A stretch of DNA of 64,000 nucleotides. Origin: Moniliella sp. 'wahieum'. Taxonomy: Eukaryota. Both the position numbers and the translations under genes were made by a program. Positions 62,343 to 64,000 of the stretch are shown one piece after another. Positions within the stretch are counted from its first letter, which is position 1. The number at the start of each line of letters is the position of its first letter. The stretch is from the NCBI GenBank assembly GCA_003971905.1, contig RSEE01000106.1, positions 124,001 to 188,000 of the forward strand, given 5' to 3'. The notes beneath the pieces were generated by a model that was not told the DNA's origin, did not search any database, and saw nothing but the letters and a program-made list of their open reading frames with translations.

Positions 62343-64000
62343 TCAGCGGACGGCTACACGCGCAAAATGGACCGAGGGGAGGGCGAGTTGTTCGAACGGC
62401 TCGGTGGGCGCTGGCACCGTGTCCGGCTGCAGCGGCAGCAGGGGCAACTGGGGTTCGGGCTCAGCGAGGCACAGGATCGGTGCCAAAGCAGACGGTAGCG
62501 CGCGAGGTGGGCCAAGGCCTGGTCCTTGTCTTTGTCTTTGCTCGTGTCCGTGCCTTGGTCAGGTCCAAAACACGCATGGAGGAAGGCGAGGTCGCGCCTC
62601 GTAGCGGCGGGGAAGAGCGCGGTCGGAAGGCTGGCACGTCGAAGGAACGCAGCTAGAGCCTCTTCTTTCCAGTATCCGCGGTCCAGCGCCGTGATGGGTG
62701 CGACTTGTCGTACGGCCGAGGCGAGGTCGAGGAGGGCGGTAAGCAGGGCAAGCGAGGGGGTGGGAACGTGTCCTTCGTGTGCATTGTCCTGCTCTGTGTC
62801 CAATACGAGCGGGGAAGAGACAGATACGCCAGAAGAGAGACGCGTGCGTAGCCCTGTGCATGGCCGAGGCACGTGCGCCGAGCCAGGTGGCACGACCGCG
62901 CTGGCCAGCTGTTCCAACCGCGTGTGCACGCACGTTTCACGTCCAGCCCAGCCACCGACGCGAGGTGCGACAAGGCCCGGCTCTGTGCACATGCTGACGA
63001 TACCATCCCAGCTGCGCGTGGCGGTAACGGCGGCATCTGTGGTTCGGCTCCATCTGTAGGTCCGGTAGCGGATAGGGCATGGCTCACGCGGTCCAGTAAC
63101 GCCAGTACAGCAAGCCAAGCAAATTCCGTTCGTAAACTTTGCTCTGTGCCCGTCTGAGCCAGTTGACGGAAAAAGCCATCCATCTCCCGTGCCACCTTGG
63201 CCGCAGCCGCGTCGATCGGACTGAGGACGGTGCTTACGCCCGGCGTCAGACCCTGCAGTCGGTCGAGCAGCGTCTTCTTCTTACCTGTTTCCCCTTCCTC
63301 GGTAGGCGGGGCAAGAAGCGCGAGCTTGGCATCTTGATCGGGCAAGGTAGCGAGCGCAGCAAGACGGTGAACAAACCCGTCCCCCATCTCGGCCAGTTGG
63401 GCTGTATACAGACCAACGAGGATCGAGTCGAGCCGACGCTGCAGGCTGGTGCGAAGGGTGGAGAGGGTGGTACGCGCAGTACGGAGCACAGGGGCACAAG
63501 CCACGTCGCAAGATAATTTTTCCTCTATGGAACTGAGCGTACGTTGTGCCACCTCGGCAGCGTACGACCCCACCCGTCCACGGCTGCGACCGACGAGAGA
63601 CGTCTAACAGCCCACCCATCTCCCCGTCCCACATGCTCCACCACCGACTCACACCACGCCGCCAGCACCGCTCCCAGCTTGGTCGTGTCCATGGACTGGG
63701 GTCGGTCGTGGGGCGGGTGGCCCAGAGAGACGCAGGTAGGTGGTCCACCCACCCACCAGCGGCACAGTGGCGAGCGCTTGCACGTCATGGATGACACTGC
63801 GGGCAGTGACCTGGGCCCAGGGGAGACGGCGGACTTGGCAGTGGTAGTAGTAGTAGTAGTGGTGGTGGTGGTGGTCGGAGTAGGAGTGGGGGTGAGAGTG
63901 GAATCGGTAGTAGTGGGAGGGGTAGTGGTGCCCAATTGAATGTCGTGCAGGCGAGGGGGACAGCGCCTTGCGAGTCGTGGTGGGTGAGGAACGCATGGGT
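62343..64000 (-). CDS. 3' part of a probable COG complex subunit 1 (helical tether); continues beyond the right edge; indels
   Basis: Helical ORFs; PSLALLTAL...; frame-corrected C-terminus HLARYRLLLAPIL...LLPL...FEQLALPSVHFARVAVR*, resembling from memory fungal Cog1 tails. Confidence 0.5.

Overview
Eukaryotic, fungal (basidiomycete-like), GC-rich and intron-poor genomic DNA. It carries about 17 recognisable protein genes: L-type lectin, nucleolin/NSR1, MAK11, RPS14, POM152, a divergent RPL30/RPL37 pair, an unusual ~1,150-aa intronless helical-repeat protein, an NAD(P)-binding epimerase-like protein, a Mei2-like RRM protein, ULP1, a zeta-crystallin quinone reductase, a PuuE-type allantoinase/polysaccharide deacetylase, a PMU1-like histidine phosphatase, an ARM/SmgGDS-like protein, BMT2, COG1 (cut off by the right edge) and an unknown gene cut off by the left edge. 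There are three intron-containing tRNAs (Leu-AAG, Arg-CCG, Glu-CTC) and one degenerate tRNA. A transposon graveyard spans ~8.9-22 kb, with a Ty3/Gypsy integrase-chromodomain relic and nested or solo LTRs, some with 5-bp TSDs; further solo LTRs lie at ~44-45 kb and 53.1 kb. Most genes, including essential ones, carry 1-2 nt indels, most likely consensus errors, so many CDS ends are approximate. Most notable: (i) the helical-repeat orphan, which recalls an actinobacterial protein family (possible cross-kingdom transfer); (ii) intergenic DNA built from palindromic-hexamer+1 heptamer words; (iii) a shared ribosomal-protein promoter motif plus 5'UTR introns, one with a long hairpin. Gene identities come from motif recognition by eye; no database searches were run.
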